In this document: in pieces, positions 1-9,237 of the stretch
Position numbering within the stretch: the stretch's first letter is position 1
How the letters are laid out: each line of letters starts with the position of its first letter
Assembly (NCBI GenBank): GCA_900617105.1
Contig: UYFQ01000701.1
Coordinates: 1 to 35,173 of the forward strand
DNA: 35,173 nucleotides
Origin: Hydrurus foetidus
Taxonomy: Eukaryota
Reading direction: 5' to 3'
The notes under the pieces: generated by a model
Seen by the model: the letters and a program-made list of their open reading frames with translations, nothing else
The model's database searches: none
What the model was told of the DNA's origin: nothing
Program-made: the position numbers and the translations under genes

Positions 1-389
1 GTTGGATATAGCATAGCTATCCCTATGGGGACAATCCCTTTGGGGGAATTCCCTTTGGGTAATATCACTTAAGCCCAAGTGGAGGAGCGAGGGTAGCGCT
101 CACAGACCCGAGACCATCACTCAAACTGTACTGAAAGTTGCAACTGATGATGACAGTGAACAGCCAACTGTAGCTAGTATAGCTAGCCATGAACTGCTAT
201 GTTTTGACACAATGAGCACTTCTAATTAAAGAGACTATATGGCTGTGTGCCATTATACCTACACTAGAGTGAGCTGTTGAAGCGACCTTGGTCGACTAGC
301 TGAAAGCAAAGTGTGTTCTAAACGAATCACTGCTATCAACCAGGTGCTTTGACTGGATCCAGGATCCAAAAGACAGCCTTATTCCAAGA
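1..389 (+). repeat. Copia 5' LTR
   Basis: Matches 5501-5889 apart from 2 substitutions and 2 single-base homopolymer indels; identity stops after TTCCAAGA. Confidence 0.95.
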
Positions 390-399
390 TAATTAGAAG
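390..399 (+). promoter_or_regulatory. Non-canonical primer-binding site TAATTAGAAG (putative self-priming or half-tRNA type)
   Basis: Directly follows the 5' LTR, has no TGG, and is the exact reverse complement of LTR 219-228 (CTTCTAATTA). Confidence 0.7.
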
Positions 400-416
400 C
401 CGCTAGCTAGCTCAGA

Positions 417-3400
417 ATGAGTCAGCGAGGCGAGAAAGGCGCTGCCCAATCGAAACCTGAGAAGGGTGAAAAGCGCGAAAGTTCAGCAATCGCAGATGGC
501 TCGAGGCCAGAAAGTTTGCCTGAGATAACCCACAACGGGTGGAAAGAATGGGACGACAATATGCTGAAACTGAAAGAGTACATGAGAAGCAACTTTCAGG
601 ACCTTCAGAGCATCTGTCCCGACCCAATGCTGCTCACCATCAAACCTGCCTACAAGGTTTACAACTTCAAGCCGCCCAACTTCACATTACTGGAATCGTT
701 CACCGAAATCTCGGATCCAAAGGGATATCGAGCAAAGATGATGATGAATGATATCAATACCGACAGAGCATTGGTGAATAAGAGGATAATGAAGCAAATG
801 GACGATCGTGAATCGGCATATCGCCTGATTCGGAGCATGTGTTCACCATCGCTAAACGCGATTCTGATAGTGAATTCGGAATTCATAGCAGTCGAATTCG
901 ACGATCCACTTAAACTACTCGAAGTTATCAAGTCAGTTGTTACATCAAGATGTGATGGTAATCAGGAATTTGAGCGGTCCCAGGCCCTACGGGACTGGTA
1001 CACGCTGACTATGAGTACGGGTGAAGACATCGTACCGTACGGACGACGTGCGGTCAAGCTTTTCGATCGACTCGCTGCAACAGGAGTACCGGAAGCGCAG
1101 ATTCCAAATGCTGTCCAACAAGCGACAAAGCTAATTGAGGGGTTGAGTAGTACCTCACAGGTCTATCATGACTACAAGAACTATCTCAGCAATTATTTGG
1201 AGTGCAACAAGATTGACATTTATCCGAAGACCCTGATGGAAGCCATCAACGGAGCGACTAGATTCCATCGTGGGGTAAAGGGTAGCGCATTACAATCAGC
1301 GATAGTGACTCACCAAACGGCACTTGCAGCAAAGAACCTCATGAAACCGGGCGGTCCCCCAAAGGGCGAAAAACCACCCGCTAAAGAAAAGGCCAAGAAG
1401 ATCAATCCGGCAAAGATTAAAGAGCCGAAAGTGTCCTTTGCTAAAGATACAAAGGAGGGCAAGTTCAGTGGGATTTGTTACCACTGTGGAAAAGCAGGTC
1501 ATCGTGCTAGTGAGTGCAGAAAGAAGGCAGCCGGAGAGCCTCCTTCAGCCCCAAAAACATCAATGTCGGCGAGGAGACAAACTGAGGAAGATGACCCCAG
1601 TGCTCAAGGAGATGTCTACACTGCTTTTGGCCAAATGTGGGATCAAGAGGTTAACGAGAATGAACATGGCGACAGGCACTGTAGCGTGTGCTATACCACC
1701 ACACCGGTGGAAGTCGCAACCCTCGGTCCTCGGACCGATTTTTCTGCAAACCGTAACATCAACCAACATAGTACCTCCGAAGCCATCTTTGACACTGGAG
1801 CTACTGGCACCATCATTACATGTGCGGATGTTCTGAGTGACATCGCGACATGCACTCCTACTGTGTTCAAAGGCTTGCATGGTTCGCTTACTGTAACTAA
1901 AGCAGGAAACCTTCGTGACATTGGCATCGTTCATTTTGATCCGCGTGCTGGACTTTCCATCGTATCGGCATCCGATTGCCTGTTGCAAGGGCACAACTGG
2001 GAGTTTCGCCAGGGTTCTATGATAGATCAGGATGCATTTCTGCTCCACACTGATCAGAGCACCTACAAATTCCAACATCGTGGAGGGCTATATGTCGCCG
2101 ATTTGGCGGTGCCTCCGGAGCCGCGATATTCTGACGCCGCAGAGCGCAGAAATGCATATGCTCATCCGGCAGTGGTAAAAACACCATCTACAAGTATATT
2201 TTACTCTACAAAACTGCCTACAACGGACGCCAACGAAGCCAAATTCACGAAACGCGAAGTTCAAAGAAGCGCTGATGCACGACGCATGCAAGCGAGTTTG
2301 GGATTTCCACCAGATCAGAAATTCATTTCTGCATTGCGAGCTGGAACGTTTCTCAACTGCGACATCTTACCTGAAGATGTCGCACGTGCTACAGAAATTT
2401 GGGGACCAAACACGGCGTCACTCAAAGGACGCACTACTCGGCTGAGGCCTATGCCACCACCACAGCTACCTACTACGACACAAAACTTTGATGCGCAACA
2501 CATGCAATGTGACATCATGTTCATAAATAAACAGCCATTCCTAGTTTCAATTACCCATCCACTGGGAATTGTTTTGGTCGGCTGTGTTGACAATGTTACA
2601 ACGCCGGTGCTCAGACAGAGCCTCAAGCGCATGTTCGGCACCATCGGGTCCCGACGAATTTCAATCGTGAAATTTACAAGTGACAATGAGCGAGGCATCG
2701 CTGCACTTTTCAACGACATGAACGCCATGGGTGTCGAAGTGATTGCGGTTGGTCCAGGGCAACATGATCATATTATTGAACGAATGATCAGGCACCTAAA
2801 GGAGACCATCCGCTGTACCATCTTCAGTCTACCGTACCTACTGCCTGACATACTCATGTCCTACCTCGTGACAGCCTCTGCGAAGAAGTTACTACTCTTT
2901 CCCTCATCGACGAGGACAGATAGAATTTCCCCTTTTGAAGCTTTCTTTGGTAGAAAGGCGGACACGAAAAAAGATATTGGACCACCATTCGGGTCATACT
3001 GCCAAGTCACCGGGAGGGTGCTTAGCAACAACATGGATCCAAGAACCATTGGATGCCTATACCTAGAACCAAAGATGAATGGGACAGGCACTCATTCCTT
3101 TATGCGCATTGACACTAGGAGCGTCATATCGGCCAACCACTATGTGGTGCTACCGATACCACCACTCGTCACCACCACTGTAAATGGGTGGGCATCGAAG
3201 AACAAGATACATACATCGAAAGAACCAATATTCACTTTCCATGATAAAGACATCACAGGAGATATCGACGATGATATTGTCACAATGGATTCACCTTCAA
3301 TACCGGTGCCAACAATCCCGTTTCAACTTACACCTCCAATCTTACCGGTGTTCCCGGATGAAACCGACACGCCTCATACCATGATGGAACCTCAAATTGC

Positions 3401-5315
3401 TCAAGACCAAATTGAGATTCGGGGTGAAATGGAATCGGCGGGTGCTGAAAATACTAGTAATCTGACTTCCGACGAAGTATCCGGGCCAGAAACTACATTT
3501 GAAGCGGTACCGGAGGAGCAACCAGAGGCACCACCTACCACCGCAGTACGTACGTACATACCTAGTGCACCAGTTGAATTGCGTGAGAAGTCGACGAGAA
3601 TTCGAAAGGCACCAGACCGACTCAACTTAGTAGCTGACAAACTACCTATTCCAGCGCAGAAAGAAGGAATTAGGGGTGACTGGTCACTTATGACAGTTAC
3701 CCGGGCACTGAAACTTTTCCCGGATAAGGCTACCGCAGCCATTGAGTCAGAGGTCAAATCACTACTGGCAAAGGGGACATTTTCAGGAGTCCACATGGAA
3801 CAACTCACACCTACTCAGACAAAGAAGATCCTCCGTTCGAACATGAATGTTGTGGAGAAATACCTTCCAACACTAAACTCGAATGGCGATCGCCAAATCG
3901 ACAAGGTCAAGGCGCGCTTCTGTGTGGATGGGCGTGCACAAGTCAGAGAGGACTATGCTGCAGATGAAGTTGAGTCACCAACAGCGAGCATAGCTGCTAT
4001 ATTTACAGTTGCACAGATTGCTGCTGCGGAAAACCGTTTCATCATGGTCGGGGACGTTGGGTCCGCGTACCTCAACGCCAACATGCCTATGGATAAACCG
4101 GATAAAATCCTTCATATGTATATCGATAAGAATGTGACCGACGCCATCATCAAACAAGACAAATCTTTTTCGCCCTTCAGAAGACACAATGGAGGGTTGG
4201 TGGTGAGACTGGACAAAGCACTATACGGGTGTATTGAGTCTGCTAAACTATGGTACAACGAGATAGCCGGAACCCTACGGTCAAATGGTTTCACGGCTAA
4301 CCCGCGCGATATTTGCGTCTTCAACAAGGACATCAAAGGCAACCAATTTACGATCCTAGTCTACGTAGACGATCTAAAGATGACATGCGTGGACAAGAAA
4401 GCGGTTCTTGACATGGAAAAGATTTTGTTGAAAACGTACGGCCAATTCCGTACCACCCAAGAGCGCGTTCTACCGTACCTAGGTTGCATGTGGGATTACA
4501 CTGAGCCTAGATTTGTAAAGGTAACACAGATCGGGATGATCCAAGATTTGATATCATCAAGGGAAAAAAGCCATGCCGAACGCGGTATGAAGCTCATCGG
4601 AGACCCATCATCACCGGGTGCCCCACACCTATTTGAGCGGACCTTGGACTGCAAATTCCTGAATGAGAAAGACGCTAAAACCTTTCACACCGACGTTGCT
4701 ACGGCGCTATACCTGGGGAACCGAACACGCCCAGACATTGTATTAGTGTTGGGTGAACTGTGCAAACGTGTAAAGGCACCGACAACAGAAGACGACAAGA
4801 AACTCGATAGGCTCATATGCTATCTGAGGGCTACTAGAGACAAGCCATTACGACTCGGTTGCACTTTGCCAATGACAGTCACAGTATCAATTGATGCTGC
4901 ATTTGCTAACAGAGAGCAAATGAAATCAACCTCAGGAATGTGTGTCACATTAGGGGTGGGGAATTTTATTTCGAGTTCCAAGGTCCAGAAGCTGAATTCC
5001 AAGTCAAGTACGGAGTCCGAGATCATTGCGGTTTCCGACGGAATGAACATCCCGCTATGGCTTGCTGGTTTTATTGCATACCAAGGACATGGAAAACACC
5101 CAGTGAGGCTGGAACAAGACAATCAGTCATGTATCGCGCTGCTGAAAAAAGGTCGGTCTACCGCAGAGACCACCCGGTTTATTGAGGTACGACAATTCTG
5201 GATCTCAGACTACATCCGTATCGGTGCCGTAAACATTGTCTACGTGCCCACCGAGGATATGACATCCGATTACTACACCAAGCCACTACAAGGAACGATT
5301 TTTTCAAGTTGGTGA
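417..5315 (+). CDS. Copia Gag-Pol polyprotein (single ORF; true end probably 5335 after a 1-nt deletion in a T run)
   Basis: Zinc knuckle CYHCGKAGHRASEC; protease IFDTGAT; integrase D (CDIMF), D (TSDNE), E (IERMIR); RT KALYGCIESAKLWY and YVDDL; RNase H SIDAAFA, SSTESE, QDNQS, DYYTKPL. Confidence 0.96.
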   Translation: MSQRGEKGAAQSKPEKGEKRESSAIADGSRPESLPEITHNGWKEWDDNMLKLKEYMRSNFQDLQSICPDPMLLTIKPAYKVYNFKPPNFTLLESFTEISDPKGYRAKMMMNDINTDRALVNKRIMKQMDDRESAYRLIRSMCSPSLNAILIVNSEFIAVEFDDPLKLLEVIKSVVTSRCDGNQEFERSQALRDWYTLTMSTGEDIVPYGRRAVKLFDRLAATGVPEAQIPNAVQQATKLIEGLSSTSQVYHDYKNYLSNYLECNKIDIYPKTLMEAINGATRFHRGVKGSALQSAIVTHQTALAAKNLMKPGGPPKGEKPPAKEKAKKINPAKIKEPKVSFAKDTKEGKFSGICYHCGKAGHRASECRKKAAGEPPSAPKTSMSARRQTEEDDPSAQGDVYTAFGQMWDQEVNENEHGDRHCSVCYTTTPVEVATLGPRTDFSANRNINQHSTSEAIFDTGATGTIITCADVLSDIATCTPTVFKGLHGSLTVTKAGNLRDIGIVHFDPRAGLSIVSASDCLLQGHNWEFRQGSMIDQDAFLLHTDQSTYKFQHRGGLYVADLAVPPEPRYSDAAERRNAYAHPAVVKTPSTSIFYSTKLPTTDANEAKFTKREVQRSADARRMQASLGFPPDQKFISALRAGTFLNCDILPEDVARATEIWGPNTASLKGRTTRLRPMPPPQLPTTTQNFDAQHMQCDIMFINKQPFLVSITHPLGIVLVGCVDNVTTPVLRQSLKRMFGTIGSRRISIVKFTSDNERGIAALFNDMNAMGVEVIAVGPGQHDHIIERMIRHLKETIRCTIFSLPYLLPDILMSYLVTASAKKLLLFPSSTRTDRISPFEAFFGRKADTKKDIGPPFGSYCQVTGRVLSNNMDPRTIGCLYLEPKMNGTGTHSFMRIDTRSVISANHYVVLPIPPLVTTTVNGWASKNKIHTSKEPIFTFHDKDITGDIDDDIVTMDSPSIPVPTIPFQLTPPILPVFPDETDTPHTMMEPQIAQDQIEIRGEMESAGAENTSNLTSDEVSGPETTFEAVPEEQPEAPPTTAVRTYIPSAPVELREKSTRIRKAPDRLNLVADKLPIPAQKEGIRGDWSLMTVTRALKLFPDKATAAIESEVKSLLAKGTFSGVHMEQLTPTQTKKILRSNMNVVEKYLPTLNSNGDRQIDKVKARFCVDGRAQVREDYAADEVESPTASIAAIFTVAQIAAAENRFIMVGDVGSAYLNANMPMDKPDKILHMYIDKNVTDAIIKQDKSFSPFRRHNGGLVVRLDKALYGCIESAKLWYNEIAGTLRSNGFTANPRDICVFNKDIKGNQFTILVYVDDLKMTCVDKKAVLDMEKILLKTYGQFRTTQERVLPYLGCMWDYTEPRFVKVTQIGMIQDLISSREKSHAERGMKLIGDPSSPGAPHLFERTLDCKFLNEKDAKTFHTDVATALYLGNRTRPDIVLVLGELCKRVKAPTTEDDKKLDRLICYLRATRDKPLRLGCTLPMTVTVSIDAAFANREQMKSTSGMCVTLGVGNFISSSKVQKLNSKSSTESEIIAVSDGMNIPLWLAGFIAYQGHGKHPVRLEQDNQSCIALLKKGRSTAETTRFIEVRQFWISDYIRIGAVNIVYVPTEDMTSDYYTKPLQGTIFSSW

Positions 5316-5489
5316 AGAAAATACTAGGAAATTAAGTACTTCACATTATTGACTTACAGTTGAGCTATTTTTAAAACTTTTATTAGCAACAAAACTTGTA
5401 TGATCACTATAGCTTACCATAGTTACAAACACGATTTATGATTACATTTCTATGAAGAAATATGAATATGCCGCCTGAATGCTTGTGAC

Positions 5490-5499
5490 ATTAGGGGTG
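5490..5499 (+). promoter_or_regulatory. Polypurine tract ATTAGGGGTG
   Basis: Immediately precedes the TG start of the 3' LTR; exact copies occur internally at 3669-3678 and 4949-4958. Confidence 0.8.
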
Positions 5500-5889
5500 T
5501 GTTGGATATAGCATAGCTATCCCTATGGGGACAATCCCTTTGGGGAATTCCCTTTGGGTAATATCACTTAAGCCCAAGTGGAGGAGCGAGGGTAGCGCTC
5601 ACAGACCCGAGACCATCACTCAAACTGTACTGAAAGTTGCAACTGATGATGACAGTGAACAGCCAACTGTAGCTAGTATAGCTAGCCATGAACTGCTATG
5701 TTTTGACCCAATGAGCACTTCTAATTAAAAGAGACTATATGGCTGTGTGCCATTATACCTACACTAGAGTGAGCTGTTGAAGCGACCTTGGTCGACTAGC
5801 TGAGAGCAAAGTGTGTTCTAAACGAATCACTGCTATCAACCAGGTGCTTTGACTGGATCCAGGATCCAAAAGACAGCCTTATTCCAAGA
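5500..5889 (+). repeat. Copia 3' LTR (TGTTGGA...TCCAAGA)
   Basis: Direct repeat of 1-389; terminal inverted repeat matches 6/7. Confidence 0.95.
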
Positions 5890-6095
5890 CTTGCCGAAAC
5901 CTGGAACCCTCCCAAATAATTTTTTTTATGTATTCCTAATCAGGTAAAAGTTGAAAATACGATTCAATTTAGGAAAACGTGTACTATGCATCACAACAGA
6001 GTACGTTCAATATCATACTACAGCAGTGCATGTTGAGGTTTGACGTCTATGTTCCTATCAGAAGAGCAATCTTCCTATCATTTAGATCTGTTAGA

Positions 6096-8023
6096 ATGAG
6101 CGAATTCTTCGAGGAGATTCAGGCGGGCAGTAAGTCGAAGACGACTCTTGCCAACTATGCCAGTAGAGAAAAAAAGTTTCTGCTATGGTTGAAAACTGAC
6201 AGTCCTGGCTGTTGGGACAATGAAACCGACAGACTACCACGTCTTTCGAGGATAACAACAGAGATGATGTGCAAATTTTTATCGGTCCAATCTCTTCACA
6301 GAGTGACAGGAGTAATGAAGAGTCATTCAACTCCTGAGGGTCATCACTCCATGTACGTGAACTTCTTTTCAAGACAAAAATGTCTTATACAGTATCATGT
6401 GATATACAGTAAATGTCTTGTAGTGGTGTATTCTTTTATTAACAGCATTGTTTATTGTGTTAGGATGCACGGGGGACATAAAGTATGAGCACTTGAGAAT
6501 GGACGGTGATCACATAATTGTTGTTATCCCTCGACATAAGGGTGATCGCTGTGGGGAAAAACCGACCGAGAAGTCACTTTATTCCAATCCGACATGTCCT
6601 CAAATTTGTCCATTCCTGGCACTGGGTATTGTATTATTGTCAAGGGAGGTATACAGAGCACACGATAGCATCGTGCTTGGAAAAAAGACAGACGAAAATA
6701 TCAATGTGTGGTTGAGAAGTGTATCAGCAGCAGCTATTGCTGGAGAGGAGGGGGCAATCGTTGGAGTGAATCGTTCATATTTGACATCTCATTGTACAAG
6801 AAAGGGTTCGACATCATATGTGGTATTGTTACCCGGATTGAGTAATGTCATAGCTTGCTGGCTTAGAGCAGGGTGGCAGCTTGGAGGAGTATTACCTGCC
6901 TACATTACTGTCGAGTCGGGGGGTGATCAGACAGTCGGGAGGACTGTGTGTGGATTGCCATCTGGAGAACTCGACTTCACTCTTTTACCAGCGAGGTTCA
7001 AACCGGATGCAAGCATTAGCTGGCCTGATATTGTTTCTAACTATGACTCCTATCCGGACGACTTCCAATCCGTTATACCGTATCTAGTGGCTGCTGTTGT
7101 TCGCAATGCGCAGTGGATTAGCGAGAACCTACCTTCAGGCCATCCCATCTTTCTAGGCCGTTGTTGGAGGTCTGGGGCTCAAGTCAGTCTCAGCTCTTCT
7201 GTTCTCACACCCTCCAGAATGTCTTGCGAACAGACTGGAATGGTTGCAACAGGGATACCACCTCTCCACGTTTTCATGAATCAGCAGCACAAAAGTAATT
7301 CTGCTATCATGTCGGCAATTGTGCATCACAGCAGAGCTGCAGATTCAAGATGTGCTATAGGTAAGAATATCTGTAGGCTGTTAATTGTTACTGGTCACCA
7401 AGTGTAATATTTAATTCAGTGTCCTAAATTTGTTATCAGATATTCGCTTTGACAGAGTGGAGTCTATTCTTGAAGCTCTGCAAGCGTCATTCACGACAGG
7501 CGCTGTAAGTTCTAACACAGCAAACTCAAGCTCAAGATCTAGTTCAAATTCTTCTGCATCCAGCCAGCAAGAAGTCACCTCAGAGGAACTGCCTCTCACA
7601 TGGCAGTACGGTGGAAAGCTTCATCGAGTTCCAGACGGATTCCGATTGGTGACTAAAATGACTTTACAAGTGTTGTATTCGCTCTGGCACGAGGGCATTA
7701 AGACTCAAAGAATAGGACCGTTCAAGCACTTCGATGGCCACGATGTTCACAAAGACGATAGAAAACATTTATCCTCAGCGAGAGCTCTTGTCGCTGAGAT
7801 TGAGAAGTTTTTACCCACTGGATTTCTTGCATTTAGCTCCTCCAGTAGAGATGCAGCATTTAAAATTGCGTTTGATCAAATGGTGTCATCGTTCCATGAC
7901 ACCCAGATTGAGACAAATTTAAAGCGAAAAGCACTCGAGATTACTGCATTCACTACATTGTATACTAGCTTTTACTTGCCGAGCAAAAAAAGAAAAGCCT
8001 TAATACCTGTAGAGCCTAATTAG
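6096..8023 (+). pseudogene. Crypton-type (CryptonS-like) tyrosine recombinase with C-terminal DNA-binding-like domain; intron-containing, internally deleted
   Basis: Motifs HKGD, YSNPxxPQICPFLALG, SHCTRKG, LRAGWxLGGVxxxY, GGDQTVGRTVCGLP and C-terminal GGKLHRVPDGF..LYSLWHEG..IGPF. A GT-AG intron at 7361-7439 joins the 6448 and 7430 ORFs in frame. The N-terminal block (6096-~6390) is cut short and the first catalytic Arg is not visible. Confidence 0.8.
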
Positions 8024-8911
8024 TAAATTGATTTCAGAATCTCTCAAACTTCCATTTGCTCGCGGTGTCTTAGAATCAGAAAGAAAGAAACACATGATCG
8101 ACGCAGAATCAAAGATCAGAATTAGTTACAGGATTGAATGTATCATACGACACACCATACAGTCAAGCGGAGTGCATTCAAGAAGATATCATGAAAATGT
8201 ACTCTGATAGTGATTAGTTGATTACGGAAGATGGCGATAGCAGAGGCGTAATACAAGTGACATTAGCGACTGTCTATCAAGTATCTAAGGGGCCCATTCC
8301 GTCGGCGGTAACGATGGCGCAGTGGATTTTTTTTTCAAGGGTTTCCCCCAATCCTCGTAGGGAGCCAAATTGTAGATTGATTAGTTCACATTGAGATTGA
8401 TGACGATGGCGCTTTCCAAGCATAACAAGATGAGTTCGTCTATGAGGGCTATTGTGATCCCATTGTGCGGCTCTAATATTCGAGGAGAATTCCCGGAAGT
8501 TGTTTCAGAAATTTGATGGCGGCGTTTTGGATGGAGGAATTTTCACGAGCTGCCCTTTCGGTGGCAATGTTTTGACGTTCATCTGAGGGCTTTCGCTGAA
8601 TTTCAGACCCAACGATGAAACTTTTGTTGTGAATGTTACTGTCGAAATGCTTTGTGTCGAGAGATTGATTCGGACGCAACTGAGAACAGTCTGTCCAGAA
8701 GTTCTGAGAAATTTCTGGACCGAGATCTGGAATCACAGCGGAATTTTATGGAAAGTATGTACATAATTTCAATTTCACACCACATAATTTCCTACATAAT
8801 TTTCCCAAAGTTGAACGATTTTTTCAACTCTACCATGAAAGTTGAACATATTTTTCAATTTTCCCCGCTTATGTGTGTATTTTAACAAAAAATGTGAAGA
8901 AAAAGTGTATA

Positions 8912-9116
8912 TTGTGCCGGTCATATCTATACGACGACTTTTTTGGGGGAACCTTTTTTTTGCGGAACAATCCACAGATTTTCGATTTTTTAACGATTTT
9001 TATTTCAAAACCGTGAAATAATCTTCTTTTTGCCTCAAAATCCGGTTTTGGGGACTGTTCCGCAAAAAAAAATCGTTTTTATTTGCGGCTCCGTCGTATA
9101 GTTATGACCGGCACAA
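8912..9116. mobile_element. 205-bp MITE with TA target-site duplication (Tc1/mariner-type signature)
   Basis: 25-bp terminal inverted repeats TTGTGCCGGTCATA(T/A)CTATACGACG with 1 mismatch, TA at 8910-8911 and 9117-9118, and an internal inverted pair TTTTTTTGCGGAACA(A/G)TCC (~8954-8972 / 9052-9070). Confidence 0.85.
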
Positions 9117-9237
9117 TAAAGAGATATATTCGAAAACAATTATGTCAGACTCTTACTGACTAAACTTTCGAAAAAAACCGTTAGGTAAAAAAAATTGAGA
9201 CAAATCCTCATGGATAGAGTTTCGAATATGTATAAAA

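Larger units (their letters stand above)
1..5889 (+). mobile_element. Full-length Ty1/Copia LTR retrotransposon (first base of the 5' LTR lies just outside the window)
   Basis: Two ~390-bp direct repeats (1-389, 5500-5889) flank one 1632-aa ORF with Copia domain order Gag-PR-IN-RT-RH; a purine tract lies directly before the 3' repeat. Confidence 0.97.

Noticed and set aside
412..5185. Many short antisense or out-of-frame ORFs overlapping the Copia polyprotein
   Set aside because: Shadow ORFs of a long coding region, with no motifs.
5525..5728. 67-aa ORF in the 3' LTR
   Set aside because: Frameshifted in the 5' LTR copy and has no recognisable motif.
8095..8740. Possible second decayed gene downstream of the Crypton recombinase
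   Set aside because: The frames I translated contain stops and no identifiable motif; it would need a tBLASTx search.
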